NCBI GenBank assembly: GCA_937995645.1
Contig: CALKJP010000019.1
Span: forward strand, 1 to 40,944
From: an uncultured Bacteroidia bacterium
GTDB lineage: Bacteria; Bacteroidota; Bacteroidia; JACCXN01
Reading direction: 5' to 3'
DNA length: 40,944 nucleotides
Positions within the stretch are counted from its first letter, which is position 1, and each line of letters opens with the position of its first letter. Under the pieces are notes generated by a model. The model worked only from the letters and a program-made list of their open reading frames with translations. It had not been told where the DNA came from and did no database searches. Shown piece after piece: positions 27,372 through 37,114 of this stretch. Position numbers and translations under genes: made by a program.

Positions 27372-28220
27372 ATGCAAAAAATATTAGTACCTGTTGATTA
27401 TTCTGATGATGCTGCAAATGCAGCTGTGTATGCTTTAGAAATTGCAGCAAAATCTAAATCAGAGATAATATTGCTGCACAGTTACCATGTGCCGGTTGTA
27501 ACTACCGAAGCTCCCGCTCAAACCTATGAAATATTAATTGAAAATATTCAGAAAGATGAAGAAGAAAAAATGAAAATATTTTATGAAAAACTTATTAAAA
27601 GCGGCAACGGACGATTTGAGGGCATAGATATTTCTACAAAAGTTCAACTTGGTTTTGTAATTGAAAGCATTTGCGAAGTGGCAGAAAATGAAAATGTAGG
27701 ATTGATAGTAATGGGAACTCGCGGAGCAAGCGGCATAAAAAAAGCATTAATAGGAAGCAATACCAGCGATGTAATTAAAAGAGGTAAAGTACCCGTATTG
27801 GCTGTTCCGGAAGGAGCAAGCTTTAAAGGTTTAGATAAAATTGTTTTTGCCTGCGACTATCACTTAACAGAAAATGAAAACAGACTATATGTACTTACTG
27901 AGTTAGCTTTACTGTTTAATTCAGAAGTATTAATTTTTAATGTGGTTGACGATCGTGAAAAATTACCTTCATTTGATCATGCATTGCAAGGTTTAAAAAT
28001 TGAAAATATTTTACGTGGAGCAGAACATTCTTATCATTTTGCTGATAAAGACAATCGTGATGTAAGCGAAATTATTGACGATTTTGTAGTAAGTCAAAAA
28101 GCGGACATGCTGGTTACCATTCCTAAACGTTTGGATTTTATAAGCAGTTTATTTCATAAAAGTTTAACCAAAGAAATGGCTTGCCATTCAAAAGTCCCCT
28201 TATTAGCACTACCAGAATAA
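27372..28220 (+). CDS. Universal stress protein (tandem USP domains) 1
   Basis: KILVPVDYS, LIVMGTRGASGIKKALIGSNT, VPVLAVP. Confidence 0.93.
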   Translation: MQKILVPVDYSDDAANAAVYALEIAAKSKSEIILLHSYHVPVVTTEAPAQTYEILIENIQKDEEEKMKIFYEKLIKSGNGRFEGIDISTKVQLGFVIESICEVAENENVGLIVMGTRGASGIKKALIGSNTSDVIKRGKVPVLAVPEGASFKGLDKIVFACDYHLTENENRLYVLTELALLFNSEVLIFNVVDDREKLPSFDHALQGLKIENILRGAEHSYHFADKDNRDVSEIIDDFVVSQKADMLVTIPKRLDFISSLFHKSLTKEMACHSKVPLLALPE

Positions 28221-28243
28221 TTATTTTATAAAAAATCAAAAAT

Positions 28244-29089
28244 ATGAGCAACTTAAGTTTTAACATTTTATTACCAACCGATTTTTCAGATTTATCGCTA
28301 AAAGCCTTAAAATACGGTTTAAAATTGAATAAAAAAATAAATGGCGATATAACCTTATTTCATGCTCTGCATTTGCCCGGACTTACCGATAATGTAAAAA
28401 AGAAATTGGAAGATTTACTAAAAAAAGAATCTTTGGAAGAACTCGAAATATTAGAAAAAAAACTACGAGTAGAGAAACTCTTAATTGGTGAAGTAAAAAA
28501 AGCCGTTGAGTTTGGAGTTCCATCTAAAGCTATTTCTGATTATGCAAAAAAGAATGATATTGACCTGATAGTAATGGGCACCAAAGGTGCAGGAAAAATT
28601 TCAAAAACATTATTTGGAAGTAATACCGCACATTTATTAGAAAAAGCCAACACCAGCGTTTGCGTAGTTCCGGAAAAATATCAAATAAAAGATCGTTTTG
28701 TTATAAAACACATGGTTTATGCCAGCGATTTAGTAGATATTGTAAATGAAACAACTCTGATTGCTGCATTTGCACGTATGTTTGATGCAACTATACATGT
28801 AGTACATGTAATGCCGGAAACAGGAAAAATAATTCCTATAAAACCGGAAAAAATTGTTCCAGATTTGCAGAAAAAGTCCAAATACGATAAGATAACTTTT
28901 TATGCAGCAACCAACAATAATTTTCACGAAGAAATTAAAAACTATGCCCAAAAGCATAAAGTTGATTTAATTGCACTGTATATGCATAAACGCAGCTTTT
29001 GGCAAAGTTTATTTCAAACAAGCCATTCAAAAGAATTATCGTATTACACAGATATACCTTTAATGGTATTACCTAAAATGAAGAAATAA
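28244..29089 (+). CDS. Universal stress protein (tandem USP domains) 2
   Basis: NILLPTDFS, DLIVMGTKGAG..LFGSNT, IPLMVLP. Confidence 0.93.
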   Translation: MSNLSFNILLPTDFSDLSLKALKYGLKLNKKINGDITLFHALHLPGLTDNVKKKLEDLLKKESLEELEILEKKLRVEKLLIGEVKKAVEFGVPSKAISDYAKKNDIDLIVMGTKGAGKISKTLFGSNTAHLLEKANTSVCVVPEKYQIKDRFVIKHMVYASDLVDIVNETTLIAAFARMFDATIHVVHVMPETGKIIPIKPEKIVPDLQKKSKYDKITFYAATNNNFHEEIKNYAQKHKVDLIALYMHKRSFWQSLFQTSHSKELSYYTDIPLMVLPKMKK

Positions 29090-29103
29090 TCAACTGAAAA
29101 AGT

Positions 29104-29970
29104 ATGGAAATTAAAAACATTATAGTTCCTTTAGATTTTTCGGAAAATGCCGAAAAAGCATGTATGTATGCTTATACTATGGCGGCAAAGCTAAATGCAA
29201 ACATAATATTGTTAAATGCAATTTTTATCCCTCCTGCAAGCCCCGATTCCCCTTCGTATATATTGCAGGAAGAAACAGAAGTGTTGCGCAATGCAAATTC
29301 AGAAAAACTAAAAGCACAGGCAGAAAGATACAAAACAATATTTCCAACGGTAAAATCATATACGCAAATAAGCATTACAACAGTAGCGCATGCATGCAAA
29401 GAAGTAGCAGAAAAATACAGTAACAGTATGATTGTTATGGGAACCCAAGGCGCAAGCGGAATAAAAAAAGCGCTGCTGGGAAGCAACACGGCTGATGTTG
29501 CAGAAAATTCAAATGTACCTGTATTAGCAATTCCAGGATCTGCCAATGCAACATTGCCCTTGCGTATTATGATTGCCAGTGATTATTTTGATCAGGACAT
29601 AACGGTTACTGAAAAAGTAATTGATTTGGCAAAAAAATTTGATGCCATTGTTTATTTTGTTCACATTGCGGAAGGGGAAGATTTTGAAAAAGAAATTTTA
29701 GAAATGTTTGAAAAGAAAATTCGCGAAAAAATTAATTATCAAGGATTGCATTTCGATCTGGCTTTTGGAAAAAATGTTTTAGATGGAATCGAATCGTATG
29801 TAAATAACAATAACATAGATCTTGTAGTTTCAATTAAAAGAAAAAGAAATCTGTTTCAACGATTTTTCAGCAAAAGCATAACCAAAGAAATGTTGTTTCA
29901 TACAAAAATTCCGGTATTATCTATTCCAATGCCAGATAAAAAACCGGCAAATGAAAGTGATTTATTTTAA
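29104..29970 (+). CDS. Universal stress protein (tandem USP domains) 3
   Basis: NIIVPLDFS, IVMGTQGASGIKKALLGSNT, VPVLAIP. Confidence 0.93.
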   Translation: MEIKNIIVPLDFSENAEKACMYAYTMAAKLNANIILLNAIFIPPASPDSPSYILQEETEVLRNANSEKLKAQAERYKTIFPTVKSYTQISITTVAHACKEVAEKYSNSMIVMGTQGASGIKKALLGSNTADVAENSNVPVLAIPGSANATLPLRIMIASDYFDQDITVTEKVIDLAKKFDAIVYFVHIAEGEDFEKEILEMFEKKIREKINYQGLHFDLAFGKNVLDGIESYVNNNNIDLVVSIKRKRNLFQRFFSKSITKEMLFHTKIPVLSIPMPDKKPANESDLF

Positions 29971-29993
29971 TTAACTTTATAAATTAATATGCT

Positions 29994-30422
29994 ATGGAAC
30001 GTTTATTAGGAATTTGGATTGATTACAGCCAAGCTATCATCGGTGAAATTAAGAAAAACGAAGTTGAACTATCTGTTATTTTATCAGAAATTGATCATCA
30101 ATTACGAATTGAAGGCGAAGGTGCAGACAAAACTCGTTTTACTACACAACATCGTTCAAACAACGAACACCGCATTGAAAATCGCTATCAAGAGCAGGTA
30201 AAAAAATTTATAAAAGCTGTTTATGAAGAAATAAAAGGTGCGGATGCTCTATATATAATTGGTCCTGCAGGGGCTAAAAAAGAACTTGTTAAATTTTATA
30301 CCGAAAACAATAAAAGCGATAACAATATTGTAGGTGTTGAAGCTTGCGATAAGCTTACCGAAAATCAGCTTAAAGCAAAGTTTAAGGAGTTTTTTAGCGA
30401 ATTACTTAAAACAAAAAAATAA
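29994..30422 (+). CDS. Stand-alone eRF1 middle-domain-like protein (bacterial aeRF1/host-attachment-like), no GGQ
   Basis: GIWIDYSQA start, IKGADALYIIGPAGAKKEL, CDKLTENQL, a pattern I recognise from small eRF1_2-like proteins. Confidence 0.6.
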   Translation: MERLLGIWIDYSQAIIGEIKKNEVELSVILSEIDHQLRIEGEGADKTRFTTQHRSNNEHRIENRYQEQVKKFIKAVYEEIKGADALYIIGPAGAKKELVKFYTENNKSDNNIVGVEACDKLTENQLKAKFKEFFSELLKTKK

Positions 30423-30427
30423 AATCG

Positions 30428-30512
30428 CGTCATTACGAGCGAATATAATGAGCGAAGTAATCTCATTAACAAAACAGATTGCTTCGTTCGCAAGAGCTCA
30501 CTCGCAATGACG
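30428..30512. repeat. REP/RPE-like palindromic element of the GTCATTGCGAG...GAGATTGCTTCG...CTCGCAATGAC type
   Basis: Outer arms CGTCATTACGAG / CTCGCAATGACG; inner arms CGAAGTAATCT (30453-30463) / AGATTGCTTCG (30476-30486). Confidence 0.8.
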
Positions 30513-30550
30513 AATTAAAACAACAACTTTTTGTCTAAATCACTATAACT

Positions 30551-30579
30551 AAAAAGGGCTGCTAGAGCAGCCCTTTTTT
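30551..30579. terminator. Bidirectional rho-independent terminator
   Basis: AAAAAGGGCTGC-TAGA-GCAGCCCTTTTTT between convergent genes. Confidence 0.9.
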
Positions 30580-30590
30580 CTAACTTCTTG

Positions 30591-31103
30591 TTAATGATGC
30601 GCTCCTCCTTCACCATGCACATGACCATGAGAAATTTCATCAGCAGTAGCTTCACGAATATTTAATACTGTTCCAACAAATCGCAAATCTTTGTCAGCTA
30701 AGGGGTGATTAAAATCCATGGCAACAAAATCATCATTTACATCAATAACCAAACCTTGCATGCGGTTACCATCTTGGTCAACCATTGGAAGCATATTCCC
30801 GACTTTTACCATTTCAGTATCCAAGTTTCCATCTTCATCTAAAAACGACTGGATAGGAATTCTAACTATATATTCCTGCTGGCTTGGTCCATAAGCCTGA
30901 TCAGTGGGAATACTGAAGTCAAAAGTATCGCCTACTTTTAATCCTTGTAAATTATTTTCAAATGATTCTAATAAACCTCCGCCACCAAAAAGGAATACAA
31001 AAGGTCTGTTTTCTTCGGTTTTTTCAACCAGTGTTTCAGTGCCATTTTCGTTTACGGTTAATTCGTAAGAAACAGACACCACTTTGTTTAATTCGATAAT
31101 CAT
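30591..31103 (-). CDS. slyD: FKBP-type peptidyl-prolyl isomerase SlyD
   Basis: VVSVSYEL, AYG, DFNHPLADKDLRF, REATADEISHGHVHGEGGAHH. Confidence 0.93.
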   Translation of the reverse strand: MIIELNKVVSVSYELTVNENGTETLVEKTEENRPFVFLFGGGGLLESFENNLQGLKVGDTFDFSIPTDQAYGPSQQEYIVRIPIQSFLDEDGNLDTEMVKVGNMLPMVDQDGNRMQGLVIDVNDDFVAMDFNHPLADKDLRFVGTVLNIREATADEISHGHVHGEGGAHH

Positions 31104-31130
31104 AAAAGTGTATTTTTAATTAAATAATTA

Positions 31131-31138
31131 CAAAGGTA
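31131..31138 (-). promoter_or_regulatory. -7 promoter element TACCTTTG for slyD
   Basis: caaaggta on the + strand, 27 nt upstream of the slyD ATG. Confidence 0.6.
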
Positions 31139-31160
31139 GCTTTATTATGTGAGTAAAATA

Positions 31161-31730
31161 TTAATTAAACAAAAAATCTGCCACAACTTTTTCTGCTTCT
31201 TTTAAGGCTTTTTCTAAATTATCATTTACTATTTGCACATCAAATTGGCTGGCAGTTTCCAATTCTTGAGCTGCTTTAGCCATTCTGCGGGCTATGCTTT
31301 CCGGGGTTTCGGTATTGCGTTGTTTTAAACGTTCTTCCAAATGTTGGATTGATGGAGGCATTACAAATATGGCCAGCGCTTTATCGCCAAATTTCTTTTT
31401 AAGATTTAATCCCCCAATAACGTCCACATCAAAAATTACATGATGCCCGTTATTCCATATACGTTCTATTTCCGATTTTAATGTTCCGTAAAAATTATCA
31501 GGATATACTTCTTCCCACTCTATAAAGGCGTCTTCCTGTATTTTCTTTTTAAACCCCTCTACTCCTATAAAGTAATAATCTTTTCCATGTGTTTCGCCTT
31601 TTCTGATAGGGCGACTACAGGCAGATACAGAAAACTCCAACTGCGGAAAAACTTTAAGCAAATGATGTACAATGGTGGTTTTACCTGCTCCTGATGGCGC
31701 TGAAAATATAACACATTTCCCTTGCGGCAT
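31161..31730 (-). CDS. gmk: Guanylate kinase
   Basis: SAPSGAGKTT, GKDYYF, EWEEVY, YGT, DVDVIG; follows yicC. Confidence 0.97.
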   Translation of the reverse strand: MPQGKCVIFSAPSGAGKTTIVHHLLKVFPQLEFSVSACSRPIRKGETHGKDYYFIGVEGFKKKIQEDAFIEWEEVYPDNFYGTLKSEIERIWNNGHHVIFDVDVIGGLNLKKKFGDKALAIFVMPPSIQHLEERLKQRNTETPESIARRMAKAAQELETASQFDVQIVNDNLEKALKEAEKVVADFLFN

Positions 31731-31732
31731 AA

Positions 31733-32605
31733 TTATAACACGTTTAAACTTTGTTCTTTAATTTTTTCCAGCTCATCTTTCATTTGCACAACAAATTTCT
31801 GAATGGCTGCATCGTTTGCTTTTGAGCCTATAGTATTTATTTCTCTACCTATTTCTTGTGAAATAAACCCTAATTTTCTTCCTTCTGCGTTCGAACTTTT
31901 TAATGTTTCTAAAAAATAATGGCAATGCGAACGTAATCTAACTTTCTCTTCTGTAATGTCTAATTTTTCGATATAGTAAATCAATTCTTGCTCAAAACGA
32001 TTTTTATCTACTGCATCGGTAGGTATTAACTCGTACACATTGTTTTTTATACGTTCACGTATCTGCTGTATGCGAGGTTGTTCCAGCAACTCAATTTCAT
32101 TCAATACAGATAGAATGGTGTTAATTCTATCTGTAAAATCTTTTAATAATACATTTCCTTCATCAGCTCTAAACTGATTAAATGCCATAATTGCTTCATC
32201 TATTTTTTTCATTATATAAGCCCATTCTTCTTCATCCAGTTCATCTCGCTCTTGTTTTAACACATCGGGCATCCGCATAGCTATTGATAATAAATCATTG
32301 GTAACTGAATTTGTTTTTTCTGCTATTTCTTTTAACTGTTGTATATATGCTTCTACAAGTGATTTATTAATAACAGTGGCATTTTCTTCCATTCCGTTTT
32401 CCACATAAATCGACAGGTCTATTCTTCCTCTTTCGGTCGTCTTAGTAATATAAGAGCGTAAATCTAGTTCTTTTGAACGGTAGAGCGATGGCATTTTTAT
32501 ATTCAAATCCATTTGCTTACTATTTAGCGAACGAATTTCAATTGTAATTTTTTTATTTTTCCATTCTCCTGTGGCTTTACCAAAGCCGGTCATTGATTTA
32601 ATCAT
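31733..32605 (-). CDS. yicC: YicC/YloC family endoribonuclease
   Basis: MIKSMTGFG, EIRSLNSK, KLDITEEKVRL, GRKLGFISQEIGREINTIGSK. Confidence 0.93.
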   Translation of the reverse strand: MIKSMTGFGKATGEWKNKKITIEIRSLNSKQMDLNIKMPSLYRSKELDLRSYITKTTERGRIDLSIYVENGMEENATVINKSLVEAYIQQLKEIAEKTNSVTNDLLSIAMRMPDVLKQERDELDEEEWAYIMKKIDEAIMAFNQFRADEGNVLLKDFTDRINTILSVLNEIELLEQPRIQQIRERIKNNVYELIPTDAVDKNRFEQELIYYIEKLDITEEKVRLRSHCHYFLETLKSSNAEGRKLGFISQEIGREINTIGSKANDAAIQKFVVQMKDELEKIKEQSLNVL

Positions 32606-33501
32606 ATAATTTCTTTTTTATTAGGAATATAGCTTACCAAATAAACCCCTGTAAATATAAGTATCGCAGAAATCACCTTGGCAAAATCTATGACATCTTT
32701 GCCCAAAATTACAGCAATAAAAGCAGCTAATAAAGGTTGAAGATAAATATAAATGCTAACAACCGATGGATTCATATAATGCAAACCATAGGTATTAAGC
32801 AAATAAGCAAAAAAAGTTGTAAATACGATTACATACACCATTTCATAATAAATAACAGTTGGAATATTTTTCCATGAAACAGTTAAAAATTCATTAAATC
32901 CAAATGGTAACACTATTATCAGCCCTAATAAAAAAACCCATTTCATAACTGTTACCGGATGATGTTTAAACATTAATGGCTTTACAATAACCAGATAAAT
33001 GGCATAGGATGCTGCATTTAAAAATATAAAGGTATCTCCTAAAAAGGTATTGTTACCAAAGCCACCCTTTCCTTTTGAAAGCAATAAAAACAAAGCTCCG
33101 CTTATACCTGTGGTAATACCTGCAATTTTTAAAAATGTAATTTTTTCGCGTAATACGATATTGGAAATTATTAATACTAATATAGGGGTTATTACCATTA
33201 AAATACCGGCATTAATAGGTGTTGTACGACTTAATCCTTCAAAAAAGAACAGCTGATTTACTGCTACACCAAATACTGCACAAAGAGTTAATCTTAACCA
33301 ATCTGACTTTTCGATAATTTCATTTTTATAAAAACTTCCTAAAGCCCAAAATAAAAGACAAGCACCAATTACTCGAAGCACAACAAAGCCTGATGGCTGC
33401 AAATGTTGAGGCATAACATCTTTAGCTACCGTATAATTGATACCGTAAATTAAATTAGCTCCCAATAGTGCCAGATGCGCTTTTAACGATTTGCTAATCA
33501 T
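32602..33501 (-). CDS. DMT/EamA family transporter
   Basis: About 10 TM segments with two EamA-like halves; YIYLQP. Confidence 0.9.
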   Translation of the reverse strand: MISKSLKAHLALLGANLIYGINYTVAKDVMPQHLQPSGFVVLRVIGACLLFWALGSFYKNEIIEKSDWLRLTLCAVFGVAVNQLFFFEGLSRTTPINAGILMVITPILVLIISNIVLREKITFLKIAGITTGISGALFLLLSKGKGGFGNNTFLGDTFIFLNAASYAIYLVIVKPLMFKHHPVTVMKWVFLLGLIIVLPFGFNEFLTVSWKNIPTVIYYEMVYVIVFTTFFAYLLNTYGLHYMNPSVVSIYIYLQPLLAAFIAVILGKDVIDFAKVISAILIFTGVYLVSYIPNKKEII

Positions 33502-33577
33502 TTAGTAAAATAAGGGGGGGTAAAGATACTTAGCTTTTATATATAAAAAATGTATTTTTAAGGCAAATAAAAATTGG

Positions 33578-34642
33578 ATGAACACCAAATCAAAAGATAT
33601 TCTCAAAATTTTTAATACACGCAGAATTATTCTGGCAATTGTATTAGGCTTAAGTGCTGCATCATACATGCTTTATAAGAACTTCGACAAAAACGCTTTT
33701 CTGAATATACATTGGGGATGGGAAGCCATGTTCTGGCTTTTTATGGCTATATTAATGATGGTGCTGCGCGATTTAGGCTACATTATTCGAATTAGAATTT
33801 TATCCGATAAATTTATAAGCTGGCGACACTCTTTTGATGTAGTCCTGCTTTGGGAATTTGCTTCCAGTATTACACCCTCAGTGGTTGGTGGTTCAGCGGT
33901 TGCCATGTTTATCATAAATAAAGAAGGTATAAATTTAGGTAAAAGCTCTGCTATTGTTTTAATAACTGCACTAATGGACGAATTGTTTTTTGTAATAATG
34001 GTCCCTTTATTATTTATCGTTGTTGGTTCTACCGATTTGTTTCCTCTTAGCTTAAGTATGAATTTAATGGGGATGGAACTGAACACTAAAGGGATGTTCT
34101 TTTTAAGCTACATTATAATATTAATTTACGTTGTGATTATATTTTACGCATTGGTATTTAAACCTCGTGGTTTTAAATGGATTTTACTATGGTTGTTCAA
34201 ACTGCCTTTTTTACGCAAATGGAGAATTAATGCCGCACAAACCGGTCAGGAACTGGTAGATGCATCAAAAGAAATACGTACTAAACCGTTTTCGCACTGG
34301 ATAAAAGCCTTTGTTGCCACATCACTTTCGTGGACAGCACGATACTGGGTGGTTAATTTTTTAATATTGGCTTTTGCTGCAGCTGGCAATGGTTTTTCAT
34401 GGGCTGATAATTTATTGATTTATGCACGCCAGTTAGTAATGTGGATTGTAATGTTAGTAAGCCCTACTCCCGGAGGTAGCGGCATTGCAGAAATTGCATT
34501 TTCCGGATTTTTAAAAGATTTCACTCCTCCAGGGTTAGATGCTGCTTTAGGACTTTTATGGCGATTAATATCTTATTATCCTTATTTATTTATTGGTGCA
34601 ATTATTTTGCCTCGCTGGGTAAAAAGAGTATTTAGCAATTAG
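33578..34642 (+). CDS. Lysylphosphatidylglycerol synthase TM-domain (flippase-like, UPF0104) protein
   Basis: SITPSVVGG, PTPGGSGIAE, WRLISYY. Confidence 0.88.
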   Translation: MNTKSKDILKIFNTRRIILAIVLGLSAASYMLYKNFDKNAFLNIHWGWEAMFWLFMAILMMVLRDLGYIIRIRILSDKFISWRHSFDVVLLWEFASSITPSVVGGSAVAMFIINKEGINLGKSSAIVLITALMDELFFVIMVPLLFIVVGSTDLFPLSLSMNLMGMELNTKGMFFLSYIIILIYVVIIFYALVFKPRGFKWILLWLFKLPFLRKWRINAAQTGQELVDASKEIRTKPFSHWIKAFVATSLSWTARYWVVNFLILAFAAAGNGFSWADNLLIYARQLVMWIVMLVSPTPGGSGIAEIAFSGFLKDFTPPGLDAALGLLWRLISYYPYLFIGAIILPRWVKRVFSN

Positions 34643-35645
34643 CGATTGCTTTTAAATAACAAGCCACTTCATTAGCCTCAATAGCTTTTATACAAGCACA
34701 ATTTTGCAATTTTCTGCAATCATTACAATCCTTGTTCAATACAAACACTTTTGTTTTTTTACCGATAGGGGCCCATCTGCCGGGATGTATCGGACGTATT
34801 GGCGCATAAATTCCCAATGCATGCTTGCCAAGCATAGCAGCTATGTGTAAAGGACCTGTACTTGCTGCCAATAAGCCATCGCAATGGTCTATAAAACTGA
34901 TAAATTCATTTAAATTTAGCTGACCGCTTATATCGTGGACATTACTTTTTTGTGTATTTATTTTACCGGAAAATTTCTTTTTATCATCAGTAGTTCCGCT
35001 AATGAAAATGTTAAACTTCTCTTCCGGTAAAATTTCAATTAACCGATTAAAATTATCGAACCCCCATTCGCGTGCACTTCCCTTTGAACAGGGATGTAGT
35101 ATTAAATTAAATTTATTGTTATCAATTAATTTAAAGGCTTCCGGATAGCTTAGTATTTCTTTTGATTTTATATGAATACAATTTATCAGTTCGTCTATTG
35201 TTGGTAAAAGCTCTATCCCCAAAGGTTTAAGCATTTTTATATTTAGCTGTGCTTCATGTAAATCAGAATTTTTACGAGTATAATTCAATAATTTATTACA
35301 ATAAATTAAATTGTACCATCTTCTGGCAGTAGCAATACGATATTTAATTTTTGCTTTTTTGGCAATAGCTGCAATTTCTTTATTAGGAAAAACATGAATA
35401 ATTACATCGGCATTTAGTTCTTTAAATAATGTTACAACATCATTTTTATTTTTTAATTCATCCCAGCACAAAACATCATCAATATCGGATGAACATCGAA
35501 TAACCGGTTCGGTATATTTTTGAGCTAAAAAAGTAATTTTTGTTTGGGGAAAATAATTTTTTAACACCGCTGCAACAGGTAATGTTAATACCACATCGCC
35601 AATACTATCGGTACGAGAAATAATTATGTGTTTAGGTACAATCAT
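34632..35645 (-). CDS. Glycosyltransferase family 9 (LPS heptosyltransferase-like)
   Basis: SRTDSIGDVVLTLP, STGPLHIAA, RWAP. Confidence 0.92.
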   Translation of the reverse strand: MIVPKHIIISRTDSIGDVVLTLPVAAVLKNYFPQTKITFLAQKYTEPVIRCSSDIDDVLCWDELKNKNDVVTLFKELNADVIIHVFPNKEIAAIAKKAKIKYRIATARRWYNLIYCNKLLNYTRKNSDLHEAQLNIKMLKPLGIELLPTIDELINCIHIKSKEILSYPEAFKLIDNNKFNLILHPCSKGSAREWGFDNFNRLIEILPEEKFNIFISGTTDDKKKFSGKINTQKSNVHDISGQLNLNEFISFIDHCDGLLAASTGPLHIAAMLGKHALGIYAPIRPIHPGRWAPIGKKTKVFVLNKDCNDCRKLQNCACIKAIEANEVACYLKAIANC

Positions 35646-36391
35646 TATGTGATTGCTTTCAGTTTTTTATACTTCAAATATACCGCTTTTGCTGATAAAA
35701 CAGATATGATAAAACCCGGATAACCATCCATTACGCCTAATTGAAAAAAATACGTTTTAATAAACTTAAATAGCGGACTAAAATACAATTTTATAAAATC
35801 CGCCTTTTTGCCATCTGCTTTCATTTTTTGCGCATGCAAATCAGAATATTTTTCAATACGCTTGCGGTGTTCATCTTCTGTGTAATACGAGTAATGATTA
35901 AGGTTTCCGCTTAACAACTTAACAGACAAACCTTTATCAATCTTTAATTCTTCATGCACAAAATCTCCTTCCCAATATGCTTTTCCTTTTGGAAATAATC
36001 GTACTTTGGTGTCAGGATACCAGCCACAGTGCTTTATCCAAAAACCGCAATAATTAGTTAAACGATTAAATGCGTATGCTCCTTTAAGATTTTCTTTTTC
36101 TTTTAAAATAGCATACGCCAGCTCGTCTGTTATTTCCTCATCTGCATCAAGCGATAATATATAATCATACAAGGCCTGTTTATTGGCGTAATTTTTACTT
36201 TTAGAATATCCTTCCCAAGCTCTTTCTATAAAACGCACTTTAGGATAACGATAACAAATATCAGCTGTTGCATCCTTTGAAAAAGAATCAAGCACAATTA
36301 TTTCATCTGCAACCTTTAATGCCGATTCTATGCAGCGGGCAATATTTTTTTCTTCGTTATACGTTATTATTACTGCCGATATTTTATCCAT
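35645..36391 (-). CDS. Glycosyltransferase family 2 (WaaE/KdtX-like)
   Basis: ISAVIITYNEE, LDSFSKD, LDADE, GWYPD, VHE. Confidence 0.92.
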   Translation of the reverse strand: MDKISAVIITYNEEKNIARCIESALKVADEIIVLDSFSKDATADICYRYPKVRFIERAWEGYSKSKNYANKQALYDYILSLDADEEITDELAYAILKEKENLKGAYAFNRLTNYCGFWIKHCGWYPDTKVRLFPKGKAYWEGDFVHEELKIDKGLSVKLLSGNLNHYSYYTEDEHRKRIEKYSDLHAQKMKADGKKADFIKLYFSPLFKFIKTYFFQLGVMDGYPGFIISVLSAKAVYLKYKKLKAIT

Positions 36392-36395
36392 AATG

Positions 36396-36455
36396 CAAAC
36401 TTACATAGAATTAATTTTTAATAAATATGCTGCTGTATTTTTATTTATACTTTTG
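36396..36455. promoter_or_regulatory. Divergent -7 elements: TAAGTTTG (minus, 36396-36403) and TACTTTTG (plus, 36448-36455)
   Basis: Both match TAnnTTTG upstream of the GT2 and MarC starts. Confidence 0.55.
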
Positions 36456-36472
36456 CAGCAAAATATAAGGAT

Positions 36473-37114
36473 ATGGACTTTAACTTACAGTTTGCATTAG
36501 TTTGTCTTACCACATTTATCACCATCATTAATCCATTAAGTGTTATGCCGGTTTTTATGACGATGACCTCAACATTAGATGCTCGTCAAAAAAAAAGAGT
36601 TGCTAAAAAAGCCGTTATTACAGCACTATTAACCATGTTGGTTTTTGCTTTTTCAGGGCAAATTATTTTTAAGTTTTTTGCCATAACGGTTGATAGCTTT
36701 AGGATTGTAGGTGGTATCATATTTTTTATGATGGGATGGGACATGCTACAGGCTCGATTAATCCGAACCAAAATGGATAACGAAAGTGTAAGCCAATATG
36801 TAAGTGATATTTCTATTACTCCGCTTGGAATTCCTATGATTTGTGGCCCTGGTGCTATTACTAATTCCATAATTTTAATGGAAGATGCAAAAAATATTTC
36901 TGAAAAAGCTACTCTAATTGCGATAATGATATTTATACTATGGGTAACTTATGTTGTACTTTTAGGTGCCGCTAAAATAACTAAAGTATTAGGAGAAACA
37001 GGTAATAAAGTAATGATGCGTATAATGGGGCTAATTGTTATGGTTATTGCTGTTGAATTTTTCTTTAGTGGCTTAAAACCGATTTTATCGAGCATTATTT
37101 TTAATGTAAACTAA
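36473..37114 (+). CDS. MarC family membrane protein
   Basis: IINPLS, FRIVGG, PLGIPMICGPGAIT, RIMGLIVMVIAVE. Confidence 0.93.
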   Translation: MDFNLQFALVCLTTFITIINPLSVMPVFMTMTSTLDARQKKRVAKKAVITALLTMLVFAFSGQIIFKFFAITVDSFRIVGGIIFFMMGWDMLQARLIRTKMDNESVSQYVSDISITPLGIPMICGPGAITNSIILMEDAKNISEKATLIAIMIFILWVTYVVLLGAAKITKVLGETGNKVMMRIMGLIVMVIAVEFFFSGLKPILSSIIFNVN

